Origin: Gammaproteobacteria bacterium
Lineage (GTDB): Bacteria > Pseudomonadota > Gammaproteobacteria > Pseudomonadales > JAHEGP01
Assembly: GCA_030618705.1 (NCBI GenBank)
Contig: JAUXCW010000001.1
Span: 1-62,359 of the forward strand
Direction of reading: 5' to 3'
DNA: 62,359 nt
This document shows, piece by piece, positions 28,005-36,838 of this stretch. The position numbers and the translations under genes are program-made. The notes beneath the pieces were generated by a model. It saw only the letters and a list, made by a program, of their open reading frames with translations, searched no databases and was not told where the DNA came from. The stretch's first letter is position 1. Every line of letters begins with the position of its first letter.

Positions 28005-28445
28005 GTGACCCGTATCGACTTTCATATCCTGCCCGACACCGTGTGCGATGCCATCGACTACTACGCCTGCACCCTGGCGGAAGAAGCCTACAAGCAAGGC
28101 CGCCGCGTATTGATACTGGCTTGTGACGAGGCCCACTGCGCGAAGCTGGACAAGCTGCTATGGAGCTACCGCGACAGCAGCTTCGTCCCCCATGGGCCGC
28201 TCGGCGGCTCGATCCCCGCGGCGGTAGAAATAAGCCACGGCGAGGATGCGGGCGCCCAGCACCAGTTGCTGATCAATATCTCCGGCTCGATTCCGCCGTT
28301 CTTCGGCCGCTTTGAACAAGTCTGCGAGATCGTCGTGGAAGACGAGTCGGTAAAACAGCAAACCCGGGACCACTACCGCTACTACAAGGGCCACGGCTAC
28401 CCCCTGCATCACCACCAGATCCGTCAGCGAATCCTGTCACACTAA
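28005..28445 (+). CDS. holC: DNA polymerase III subunit chi
   Basis: (V)TRIDFHILPD...ACTLAEEAYKQGRRVLILACDEAHCAKLDKLLWSY...FVPHG. Conserved pepA-holC-valS synteny. GTG start at 28005. Confidence 0.8.
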   Translation: MTRIDFHILPDTVCDAIDYYACTLAEEAYKQGRRVLILACDEAHCAKLDKLLWSYRDSSFVPHGPLGGSIPAAVEISHGEDAGAQHQLLINISGSIPPFFGRFEQVCEIVVEDESVKQQTRDHYRYYKGHGYPLHHHQIRQRILSH

Positions 28446-28509
28446 CGGCATTCGGGGCATGACCCCGCCGGCACCTCTGCTATGTTTTAACCAACAGCAG
28501 GGAATTTCT

Positions 28510-29370
28510 ATGGAAAGCAACAAGCTAAACCGGGCGGATAATGCTCCCGGCATACTCGACGAGCTGGAATCCGTCAAGGATGCGCTGCACGCCGTGGATG
28601 GTGATATCGAGGGCCTGCTCACCCGCCCCTCCAGCGAGCAGGCGCCGGGCAACGATACTGTGAGCACTATCCCGACACTGAATGACGTCGTCAACGAACC
28701 CAGCGCCGACCACCAGCTGTCCCGGACCAATAAATATAAGACGCTCAGTGATAGCGACCTGGAGCGGGCGGCGATGGCCGAAACGGAAGCGAATTCGGCA
28801 CCCGCTCCTGCGGAGCCTTTCACCGATGATGAAGCCGATATTGATTTCGAAGACGATCTCGATGATCTCGACCTCGAACTGGACAACGCCGACATAGCGG
28901 GACCGGGCGACGCCGAAGACGTCGAACTGCCTCCGGATGATTTTATCCTCCCGGATATCGAACAACTGGACGCCGATCTCGGTGTCGAACCCCTTCCCGA
29001 CACGGACCGGTTTGCGACCACCGAGAACGGCGAGTTTGCCCTGGACCTGCCCGAGGAATTTGATACCGATGTCGCCGGGGATACCGGTGAGTCGCCACCC
29101 GGAACGGAAACCGACGCGACACCTCTCCTCGACATCCCCGGTTTCTCCCTTTCGTCCTCGACCCGCTTTGACGTGACCGACGGCGGCCTACTGGGCGAAG
29201 TCGTGAGCCTGAATCCCGGCACACCATCGGCGCAGCCCCCGGCACTGACGCCGGAACAACTGACCCAATTGATCGAACAGGTTCTCGACAGCCACATGGT
29301 GTCGCTGCAGGAAGCACTACTTGAGCGCCTCGCCCCCTTCGTGAGCCACGATAACGACAAGCCGTCCTGA
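28510..29370 (+). CDS. highly acidic, probably disordered hypothetical protein between holC and valS
   Basis: Asp/Glu-rich (DDEADIDFEDDLDDLDLELDNADI...) with GC3-rich codons on the plus strand. The minus-strand ORF 28437..29384 is a Ser/Arg-rich shadow. Start uncertain (28459 or 28510). Confidence 0.5.
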   Translation: MESNKLNRADNAPGILDELESVKDALHAVDGDIEGLLTRPSSEQAPGNDTVSTIPTLNDVVNEPSADHQLSRTNKYKTLSDSDLERAAMAETEANSAPAPAEPFTDDEADIDFEDDLDDLDLELDNADIAGPGDAEDVELPPDDFILPDIEQLDADLGVEPLPDTDRFATTENGEFALDLPEEFDTDVAGDTGESPPGTETDATPLLDIPGFSLSSSTRFDVTDGGLLGEVVSLNPGTPSAQPPALTPEQLTQLIEQVLDSHMVSLQEALLERLAPFVSHDNDKPS

Positions 29371-29622
29371 CCCAAACGGCACACATAAGCGATATTTGCT
29401 GAGGGACCGGGACTTCCAGAGCAGGACCGTGCGCCGGTTGGACCCGGCGCCCGAGCCTACATGGCGGGATTTCGTTCCAGACGAATCCCAAGCTCGTACA
29501 TCCATGTACGAGACGTATTATCGGGGGGGCGCCTAGCTCGTGTCCTGGGCTGGGAGCCCCGGTTCCTTTCCCAACCACAATCGTGAACACCTTATTTTAT
29601 CAGCGCTGGCTAAGTAAGTGCC
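29371..29622. repeat. copy A of a roughly 210-250 nt highly structured intergenic repeat (second copy at 51404..51612)
   Basis: Aligned by eye. The 64-nt block 29401-29464 differs from 51436-51499 at 2 positions. A second block, GTATTATCGGGGGGGCGCCTAGCTCGNGTCCTGGGCTGGGAGCCCCGG, is also shared, as is a distal GTAAGTGCCA. Copy A carries an extra 50-nt insert (29465-29514). Confidence 0.85.
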
Positions 29623-29726
29623 ATTCCTCCCTGATCCCACTTATTCGATTCGGCACCACCCCTCGCCGCGCGCGGTAGGCGTGCTATAATCAGCGCCCTT
29701 TACTCGGGGGCAATACTGGCACGACC

Positions 29727-32495
29727 ATGGAGAAAACTTACCAACCCGCCAACATAGAAAGCCATTGGTACAAAACCTGGGAGCAAAACGGATACTTCGC
29801 TCCCTCTGGCCAGGGTACCCCCTACAGCATCGTAATCCCCCCGCCCAATGTTACGGGCAGCCTGCACATGGGCCATGGCTTCCAGGAAAGCATCATCGAT
29901 GCCCTGATTCGCTACCACCGAATGAAGGGTGACAACACCCTCTGGCAGGTCGGTACCGACCACGCGGGCATCGCCACCCAGATGGTGGTCGAACGCCAAT
30001 TGGAGAAAGAGGGCCTGTCGCGCCACGACCTCGGCCGGGAACCGTTCATCGAAAAGGTCCGGCAGTGGAAAGAACACTCCGGCGGCACCATCACCCGCCA
30101 GCTGCGACGCCTGGGCGCATCGCCGGATTGGTCCCGGGAACGCTTTACCATGGATGACGGTTTCTACCACGCGGTACAGGAAGCCTTTATCCACCTGCAC
30201 CGGGACGGCCTGATTTACCGCGGTCACCGCCTGGTCAACTGGGATCCACAGCTACACACCGCCATTTCCGATCTCGAGGTCATATCCGAGGAGGAACAGG
30301 GCCGGCTGTGGCATTTTCGCTACCCACTCAGCGATGGCACCGGCCACCTTACCGTCGCCACCACGCGCCCCGAAACCATGCTTGGGGATACCGCCGTAGC
30401 GGTCAACCCCGACGATGAGCGCTACCGACACCTGGTGGGCAAGAGCATCACCCTGCCCCTGGTCGGGCGCGAGATCCCGATTATCGCCGATAGCTATGTC
30501 GATCCTGAATTCGGTACCGGCTGCGTCAAGATCACCCCGGCCCACGACTTCAACGACTACGAGATGGGTCAGCGCCACCAACTGCCCATGGTCAATATCC
30601 TCGATAGGGACGCGGCCTTGAATGACGAGGTGCCGGTCGCCTATCGCGGCATGGATCGATTCACCGCCCGCGACGCGGTGGTCGCCGATCTCGATGCACA
30701 GGGACTGCTGGATAAAGTCGAGGATCATACGCTGAAAGTTCCCCGTGGTGACCGCTCCGGTGTCGTCATCGAACCCTGGCTCACCAACCAGTGGTATGTC
30801 AAAACCGGGCCCCTCGCCGAACCGGCAATTCGCGCCGTGGAAGAGGGACGGATCGAATTCGTGCCGAAACAATGGGAAAACACCTACTTCGCCTGGATGC
30901 GAGACATCCAGGACTGGTGCATCTCCCGCCAGCTCTGGTGGGGACACCGCATTCCCGCCTGGTACGACGACGCCGGCAATATCTATGTGGGCAGGAGTGA
31001 AGCCGAGGTCCGCGAGCAATACCAATTGGATGACCGCCCACTGCGCCAGGACGAGGACGTGCTCGACACCTGGTTTTCCTCCGCCCTGTGGACTTTTGGC
31101 ACCCTGGGCTGGCCGCAGCAGACCGATATGCTCAAAACCTTCCATCCCACCAATGTGCTGGTGACCGGTTTCGATATTATCTTTTTCTGGGTCGCACGGA
31201 TGATTATGATGACCCTGTACTTTATGGGAGATGTGCCCTTCCGCCAGGTCTACGTCCACGGCCTGGTAAGGGACAACCACGGCCAGAAAATGTCCAAATC
31301 CAAGGGCAATGTCATCGACCCGATCGATCTGATTGACGGCATCGAGCTGGAGGCGCTGGTGGAAAAACGCACCGCCAGCCTGATGCAACCGAAACTGCGC
31401 CAACGGATCGAGAAACTGACCCGCGAGGATTTCCCCCGGGGCCTCGCCGCCTACGGCACCGATGCGCTGCGGTTTACCTATTACTCCCTCGCATCGACCG
31501 GCCGTGACATCAATTTCGATGTCGGTCGGATCGAGGGCTATCGCAATTTTTGCAATAAAATCTGGAATGCAGCCCGCTACGTGATGATGAATACCGAGGG
31601 CGAAGACTGCGCCACCGGTGAGAACACCGACGACTATGAATTGGGGCTTGCCGACCACTGGGTCCAGTCCCGCATGCAGGAAACCAGCGCCGCGGTGGAA
31701 AAGGCCATCGCCCAGTATCGCTTCGATCTGGCGACCCAGGCCCTGTATGAATTTATCTGGAACGAGTACTGCGACTGGTATCTCGAATTATCCAAGCCGG
31801 TGCTGTACGGCGACGACGTATCGGCGGCGCGCAAGCGGGGAACCAGGCGCACCCTGATTGTGGTACTGGAAGCCACACTGCGGATGCTGCACCCCTTTAT
31901 GCCGTTTATCAGCGAGGAAATCTGGCAGCGCGTCGCGCCCCTGGCAGGCCGCAGCGGCGACACCATTATGCACTGCCGCTTTCCGGTGTGTGACCCGGCG
32001 CTACTGGCTCCCGACGCCAGCGCGGATATCGAATGGCTGAAGTCCGTGATTGTTGCCGTGCGCAACATCCGGGGCGAGATGAATATACCACCGGGGCGCG
32101 AATTGCCCCTGTTATTGACCGACGGCAGCACACAAGACCGGCAGCGCCTGCAACAAAACCGCGACCTGCTGGTAAAGCTGGCCAAGCTCGAGTCCGCCCA
32201 GTGGCTGGATGCGGGGGAACCGGCCCCCCAGTGCGCAACGCAACTGGTAGGCGGAATGGAAGTCCTGGTGCCGATGGCCGGACTGATCGACAAGGAGGAC
32301 GAAATCGCCCGCCTGGGCAAGGAAATCGATAAGCTCGACAAGGAACTGCAGCGCACCCGGGCCAAGCTCGACAACGCGGCGTTTGTCGAAAAAGCGCCGG
32401 CGGCAGTGGTGGACAAGGAGAAGCAAAAAATGGCCGGCCAGCAGCAAGCCGTCGCCAAGCTACAGGAACAGCTCGAGAGCATCCAGACCTTGTAG
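29727..32495 (+). CDS. valS: valine--tRNA ligase
   Basis: [13 protein letters not shown] (HIGH), KMSKSKGN (KMSKS), C-terminal coiled coil. 922 aa. Confidence 0.97.
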   Translation: MEKTYQPANIESHWYKTWEQNGYFAPSGQGTPYSIVIPPPNVTGSLHMGHGFQESIIDALIRYHRMKGDNTLWQVGTDHAGIATQMVVERQLEKEGLSRHDLGREPFIEKVRQWKEHSGGTITRQLRRLGASPDWSRERFTMDDGFYHAVQEAFIHLHRDGLIYRGHRLVNWDPQLHTAISDLEVISEEEQGRLWHFRYPLSDGTGHLTVATTRPETMLGDTAVAVNPDDERYRHLVGKSITLPLVGREIPIIADSYVDPEFGTGCVKITPAHDFNDYEMGQRHQLPMVNILDRDAALNDEVPVAYRGMDRFTARDAVVADLDAQGLLDKVEDHTLKVPRGDRSGVVIEPWLTNQWYVKTGPLAEPAIRAVEEGRIEFVPKQWENTYFAWMRDIQDWCISRQLWWGHRIPAWYDDAGNIYVGRSEAEVREQYQLDDRPLRQDEDVLDTWFSSALWTFGTLGWPQQTDMLKTFHPTNVLVTGFDIIFFWVARMIMMTLYFMGDVPFRQVYVHGLVRDNHGQKMSKSKGNVIDPIDLIDGIELEALVEKRTASLMQPKLRQRIEKLTREDFPRGLAAYGTDALRFTYYSLASTGRDINFDVGRIEGYRNFCNKIWNAARYVMMNTEGEDCATGENTDDYELGLADHWVQSRMQETSAAVEKAIAQYRFDLATQALYEFIWNEYCDWYLELSKPVLYGDDVSAARKRGTRRTLIVVLEATLRMLHPFMPFISEEIWQRVAPLAGRSGDTIMHCRFPVCDPALLAPDASADIEWLKSVIVAVRNIRGEMNIPPGRELPLLLTDGSTQDRQRLQQNRDLLVKLAKLESAQWLDAGEPAPQCATQLVGGMEVLVPMAGLIDKEDEIARLGKEIDKLDKELQRTRAKLDNAAFVEKAPAAVVDKEKQKMAGQQQAVAKLQEQLESIQTL

Positions 32496-32748
32496 CCGGA
32501 ACTTGCAACCAGGCCGAATAAGCAGGGGACCCTGGCTCCCATCATTCGGTCAAGGGCGTTGCAGTCGCCACCCACACAGCGCATTCCCCGCACTAACGAG
32601 CCAATCATGGCGTCCCGCCTTTTTACCAGCCAATTCCACCCCCGGTGGAATTTTCTGCTAGAATGACCGGCGCCGGAGCTGGCCCACCGCGGATAGACCG
32701 GGGCCTCCGTCCCACATACATCCATCCATACATACAACGAGAACCAAT

Positions 32749-33186
32749 ATGCAATCGCTTTTATCACTCATCATCGCCCTCATCATCGGGCTTGTGGCAG
32801 GGTTTCTGTTCAGTCAAATGGGGCCGGCAAGCTCCGCCATGACTCTCATCGCCTTTGCCGGCACCGCTGTCATCAGCTCACTGCTCACCGGCATGGTGGG
32901 TGGTAAACGCCAGGCCGCCTCCGGCGCCGGCCCCGCCAAAACCGCAGCGACCCGCTCCGACAAGGGTGGCGACCGCCAATCCGGTGTAGTCAAGTGGTTC
33001 AACTACAGCAAGGGCTTCGGCTTTATCACCCGCGACAACGGCGAAGATATTTTTGTGCATTTCAAGTCCATCCGCGGTGATGGCGAGGGTAAACGCGGCC
33101 TGCGGGAAGGCCAGCGAGTCGAATTCAGTGTCAGCCAGGGCGAGAAAGGCCTGCAGGCTGACGACGTGGCAATAGAGGAAACCTAG
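32749..33186 (+). CDS. cold-shock-domain protein with an N-terminal two-TM membrane anchor
   Basis: C-terminal [27 protein letters not shown] (RNP1/RNP2). There is no in-frame ATG, GTG or TTG close to the CSD, so the hydrophobic N-terminus ([36 protein letters not shown]) is part of the protein. Confidence 0.7.
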   Translation: MQSLLSLIIALIIGLVAGFLFSQMGPASSAMTLIAFAGTAVISSLLTGMVGGKRQAASGAGPAKTAATRSDKGGDRQSGVVKWFNYSKGFGFITRDNGEDIFVHFKSIRGDGEGKRGLREGQRVEFSVSQGEKGLQADDVAIEET

Positions 33187-33285
33187 CAGGCACGCCTGCC
33201 GCAGAGGGAATGGCTCCGGAAAACCCGGGTGACGATTATTTGCACTCACACGCAGCCGCCCGTCCGCCCCGGGGCCACGTAGCCA

Positions 33286-33299
33286 TTGATTTACGTCAA
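33286..33299 (+). promoter_or_regulatory. FNR/Anr box upstream of ccoN
   Basis: TTGAT-TTAC-GTCAA. A GATAAT -10 hexamer at 33322-33327 puts the box centre near -41.5 (class II geometry). Confidence 0.7.
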
Positions 33300-33431
33300 G
33301 GCAATACCTGGACTCTGCGACGATAATGCCACATTGATGTCTACACTCCCGCGAAAGCGGGTAGTATTTGCGGCACCGCCCCTTGGACAAGTCGGTTGGG
33401 CGCCGACGCGTTATGGTCAGGAAGTCATCCT

Positions 33432-34868
33432 ATGAGCACATCAGAAAGCACTTTGGATCAGTCACCCTACAACTATAAGGTAGTCAGGCAATTCACCGTC
33501 ATGACTGTCGTATGGGGAATCGTGGGGATGCTGGTCGGTGTCATAATCGCCGCCGAGCTGGTCTGGCCCTGGCTTAACTTCGACCTGCCCTGGCTGCATT
33601 TCGGGCGACTTCGCCCGCTGCACACCAATGCCGTTATTTTTGCCTTCGGCGGCTCCGCCCTAATGGGCACTTCACTGTTCGTGGTTCAGCGCACCTGCCA
33701 GACCAGGCTTATCTCTGACGGCCTCGCCGCTTTCGTGTTCTGGGGCTGGACCCTGGTCATTGTACTGGCGGCTATCACACTGCCCATGGGCTGGACCACC
33801 GCCAAGGAATATGCCGAGCTGGAATGGCCTATCGACATCCTGATCACCGTTGTCTGGGTTGCCTACGCCGTGCTTTATTTTGGCACCATCATGAAGCGCA
33901 AGAGCCCGCATATCTATGTTGCCAACTGGTTCTACGGCGCGTTTATTCTTACCATCGCCGTGCTGCATATCGTCAACAGCATGGAAATCCCGGTCAGCCT
34001 GACCAAATCCTATTCGGTCTATGCCGGCACCACGGATGCCATGGTGCAATGGTGGTACGGCCACAACGCCGTGGGTTTCTTCCTCACCGCCGGCTTCCTC
34101 GGCATGATGTACTACTTCGTGCCAAAACAAGCCGAGCGGCCGGTCTACTCCTACCGCCTGTCCATCGTCCACTTCTGGGCCCTGATCGCCATCTATATGT
34201 GGGCGGGGCCGCACCACCTGCACTACACCGCATTGCCTGACTGGGCGCAGAACGTGGGCATGGTCATGTCCCTGATCCTGCTGGCGCCGAGCTGGGGCGG
34301 CATGATCAACGGCATGATGACCCTGTCGGGGGCCTGGCACAAACTGCGCACCGACCCGATCCTGCGATTCCTGGTGGTCTCCCTGTCCTTCTACGGCATG
34401 TCCACCTTCGAGGGGCCGATGATGGCGATCAAGACCGTCAACTCCCTGTCTCACTATACCGACTGGACCATCGGCCACGTCCATTCCGGCGCCCTGGGTT
34501 GGGTCGCCATGGTTTCCATCGGCGCGACCTACCATTTGATCCCCCTGCTCTTCAACCGCAAGGAGATGTACAGCATTCCGCTGATCAACCTGCACTTCTG
34601 GATGTCCACCATCGGCACCGTGTTGTATGTTACCTCGATGTGGGTCAACGGCCTGATGCAGGGCCTGATGTGGCGGGCTTACAACGCTGACGGCACCCTG
34701 ACCTATAGCTTTGCCGAGTCAGTGGCTGCGGCCTACCCCGGCTACATAGTGCGCTTTATAGGCGGCACCATCTTCCTGCTGGGTATGTTTGTCATGGCTT
34801 ACAACTTTTGGCGTACGGTGGCCTCGGACAACACCGAAACCGCCAGTGTACAACCCCAGACCGCATAA
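33432..34868 (+). CDS. ccoN: cytochrome-c oxidase cbb3-type subunit I
   Basis: 12-TM heme-copper oxidase sequence ([21 protein letters not shown]...[11 protein letters not shown]...[10 protein letters not shown]). Start trimmed to MSTSEST at 33432. Confidence 0.95.
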   Translation: MSTSESTLDQSPYNYKVVRQFTVMTVVWGIVGMLVGVIIAAELVWPWLNFDLPWLHFGRLRPLHTNAVIFAFGGSALMGTSLFVVQRTCQTRLISDGLAAFVFWGWTLVIVLAAITLPMGWTTAKEYAELEWPIDILITVVWVAYAVLYFGTIMKRKSPHIYVANWFYGAFILTIAVLHIVNSMEIPVSLTKSYSVYAGTTDAMVQWWYGHNAVGFFLTAGFLGMMYYFVPKQAERPVYSYRLSIVHFWALIAIYMWAGPHHLHYTALPDWAQNVGMVMSLILLAPSWGGMINGMMTLSGAWHKLRTDPILRFLVVSLSFYGMSTFEGPMMAIKTVNSLSHYTDWTIGHVHSGALGWVAMVSIGATYHLIPLLFNRKEMYSIPLINLHFWMSTIGTVLYVTSMWVNGLMQGLMWRAYNADGTLTYSFAESVAAAYPGYIVRFIGGTIFLLGMFVMAYNFWRTVASDNTETASVQPQTA

Positions 34869-34880
34869 GGAGCAGGCCAG

Positions 34881-35489
34881 ATGAAACACGAAGCTATCGA
34901 AAAAAACCTCGGCCTGATGATCCCCCTGATCATTGTCGCCATTAGTTTCGGCGGACTGGTCGAGATCGTACCGCTGTTCTTTGACAAAAACCTGACGGAG
35001 CCGGTCGACGGCCTGGAGCCCCTCAGCGCCATGGAGTTGGAAGGGCGCGACATATACATCCGCGAGGGCTGCCACGTCTGTCATTCACAAATGATTCGCC
35101 CCTTCCGCTGGGAAACCGAGCGCTACGGTCACTACTCGGTCTCCGGTGAGCACGTCTACGAGCATCCCTTCCTGTGGGGTTCGAAACGCACCGGCCCGGA
35201 TCTGGCCCGGGTAGGTGAGCGCTACAGCGATGCCTGGCACCGGGCCCACCTGTACAACCCGAGAGATGTGGTACCGGAATCCAATATGCCCGCTTTCCCC
35301 TGGCTGTTCGAGGACACCATCGACGGTTCCATCACCGGAACCAAGATGTCCGCCCTGCGCACCGTCGGCGTCCCCTATACCGACGAGGATATAGCCGGCG
35401 CCGAGCAAGCGGTCGACGGTAAGTTGGAAATCGACGCGATGATCGCCTATCTGCAGCAGTTGGGCACCTTGCTGAAGCATAAGCGCTAG
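34881..35489 (+). CDS. ccoO: cytochrome-c oxidase cbb3-type subunit II
   Basis: Monoheme CHVCH motif, FixO-like sequence. Order N-O-Q-P. Confidence 0.95.
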   Translation: MKHEAIEKNLGLMIPLIIVAISFGGLVEIVPLFFDKNLTEPVDGLEPLSAMELEGRDIYIREGCHVCHSQMIRPFRWETERYGHYSVSGEHVYEHPFLWGSKRTGPDLARVGERYSDAWHRAHLYNPRDVVPESNMPAFPWLFEDTIDGSITGTKMSALRTVGVPYTDEDIAGAEQAVDGKLEIDAMIAYLQQLGTLLKHKR

Positions 35490-35492
35490 ACC

Positions 35493-35675
35493 ATGGATAT
35501 CGGCTCGATGGATATCAACACACTGCGGGGTTTCGCGACCATCGTCGTGCTGGTCACGTTTATCGCTATCTGCATCTGGGCATACAGCAGCAAGCGCAAA
35601 CATGATTTTGAAGAGGCCGCCAACCTGCCCTTCGCCGATGAAGACGACCAGGGCGACGGCAAGGGCGAGCGATAA
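35493..35675 (+). CDS. ccoQ: cbb3-type oxidase subunit CcoQ
   Basis: 60-aa single-TM protein (ATIVVLVTFIAICIWAYSSKRKHDFEEAANLPF) between ccoO and ccoP. Confidence 0.85.
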   Translation: MDIGSMDINTLRGFATIVVLVTFIAICIWAYSSKRKHDFEEAANLPFADEDDQGDGKGER

Positions 35676-35693
35676 TTTTATGAGGACTGACCA

Positions 35694-36566
35694 ATGAGCA
35701 GTTTCTGGAGTGGATGGATAATCCTCCTGACAGTAGTCACCATTATCGGTACCGCCTGGTTGCTGTTTGCCAACCGTTCCCGGCCGAACGACCAGGAGAC
35801 CACTGGGCATGTTTTCGATGGCATTGAAGAGTACGACAACCCCATGCCCGCCTGGTGGTTCTGGATGTTCGTCATCACCATCATCTTCGGCATCGGCTAT
35901 CTGGTAGTGTACCCGGGACTCGGCAATTACAAGGGAACCCTGGGCTGGACCGAGATCGGCCAGTACGAGGCGGAAGTGGCAAAAGCTAACAGCGAGTACG
36001 GCCCGATATACCAGAAATATGCGGCGATGAGCCTCGAGGACGTGGCAAAGGACGAAAAGGCCATGCGCATGGCGGGCCGTTTGTTCAGTGACAACTGCGC
36101 CCAGTGCCACGGCTCAGACGCCCGGGGCAGCCGCGGCTACCCCAACCTGGCGGACGGCGACTGGATCTGGGGCGGCGGTGCCGGGCAGATCAAGACCAGC
36201 ATCAACAATGGCCGCCAGGGGACTATGCCGAGCTGGTTGCCGGCGCTCAAGGAGCAAGGCGTCGACGAAGTATCCGAGTACGTGCTGAGCCTTAGCGGGC
36301 AGCCCGCGGATAGCGACATGGCCGCTGCCGGTGAAAAGCACTTCCAGACCTATTGTGTCGCCTGCCACGGTGCCGACGGCAAGGGCAACCCCCTCATGGG
36401 CGCGCCCAACCTGACCGATGACATCTGGCTCTACGGCGGTAAACGGGCGCAAATTCGCACCTCAGTGAATGAGGGCCGCAACGGCGTGATGCCGGCCCAG
36501 CAGGAGAGTCTCTACCCCGAAAAGATTCACCTGTTGGCCGCTTATGTCTACAGCTTGTCCAATTAG
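35694..36566 (+). CDS. ccoP: cytochrome-c oxidase cbb3-type subunit III (diheme)
   Basis: Two heme sites, CAQCH and CVACH. N-terminal TM. Confidence 0.92.
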   Translation: MSSFWSGWIILLTVVTIIGTAWLLFANRSRPNDQETTGHVFDGIEEYDNPMPAWWFWMFVITIIFGIGYLVVYPGLGNYKGTLGWTEIGQYEAEVAKANSEYGPIYQKYAAMSLEDVAKDEKAMRMAGRLFSDNCAQCHGSDARGSRGYPNLADGDWIWGGGAGQIKTSINNGRQGTMPSWLPALKEQGVDEVSEYVLSLSGQPADSDMAAAGEKHFQTYCVACHGADGKGNPLMGAPNLTDDIWLYGGKRAQIRTSVNEGRNGVMPAQQESLYPEKIHLLAAYVYSLSN

Positions 36567-36668
36567 CGCCCGTCCAGAAACGACTGTTTTTGGCGAGGGC
36601 GCGTATCCCGGCGCAGGCCGGGATCCATGCTTTTCAACAACTTAATAGATTCCTGCCTGCGCAGGAAT
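36567..36668. repeat. REP-like module with two 8-bp-stem hairpins (related copy at 56876..56952)
   Basis: TCCAGAAAC...GAGGGC-N4-ATCCCGGC/GCAG/GCCGGGAT (36605-36624), then ATTCCTGC/CTGC/GCAGGAAT (36649-36668). Starts right after the ccoP stop. Confidence 0.6.
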
Positions 36669-36838
36669 GACGAAATCGTGTGTTTCCGGGGCACGGCCTA
36701 ACTAACCAGGACGCGCTGCCCCCCACGTGCCGAGTAGTGTGGCAAGCTGTCGCAGCTTGAACCAGCGAGCCCTGTGGTACACTGTTCACCACAGTACTCG
36801 CTCATCGCAAACCCTAAACCCCGGTCACTCATATCATC

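Noticed and set aside
28437-29384. 315-aa Ser/Arg-rich minus-strand ORF opposite the acidic protein gene.
   Set aside because: It looks like compositional shadowing of GAx/GAC-rich codons, and the plus-strand ORF fits the holC-valS transcription direction. Not fully excluded; see the finding on 28510-29370.
29371-29726. A T-box, riboswitch or attenuator controlling valS.
   Set aside because: No T-box specifier/antiterminator features or riboswitch consensus were recognisable. The same element recurs downstream of selD, where it cannot be a valS leader.
30252-32767. Long minus-strand ORFs (30252..31658, 468 aa; 31634..32767, 377 aa) antisense to valS. Similar long antisense ORFs lie opposite gmd (4916..5923), the fad genes (17794..18864, 19676..20449), the response regulator (22845..23681), ccoN (33672..34595), ccoO/P (35085..36110), ccoG/H (37751..38860), ccoI (39680..40633) and the GT2/arsS genes (46523..47578).
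   Set aside because: Each is the mirror of a gene with unmistakable family motifs. Their translations are low-complexity (Arg/Gly/Pro/Ala/Ser-rich), as expected for stop-poor antisense frames in GC-rich DNA.
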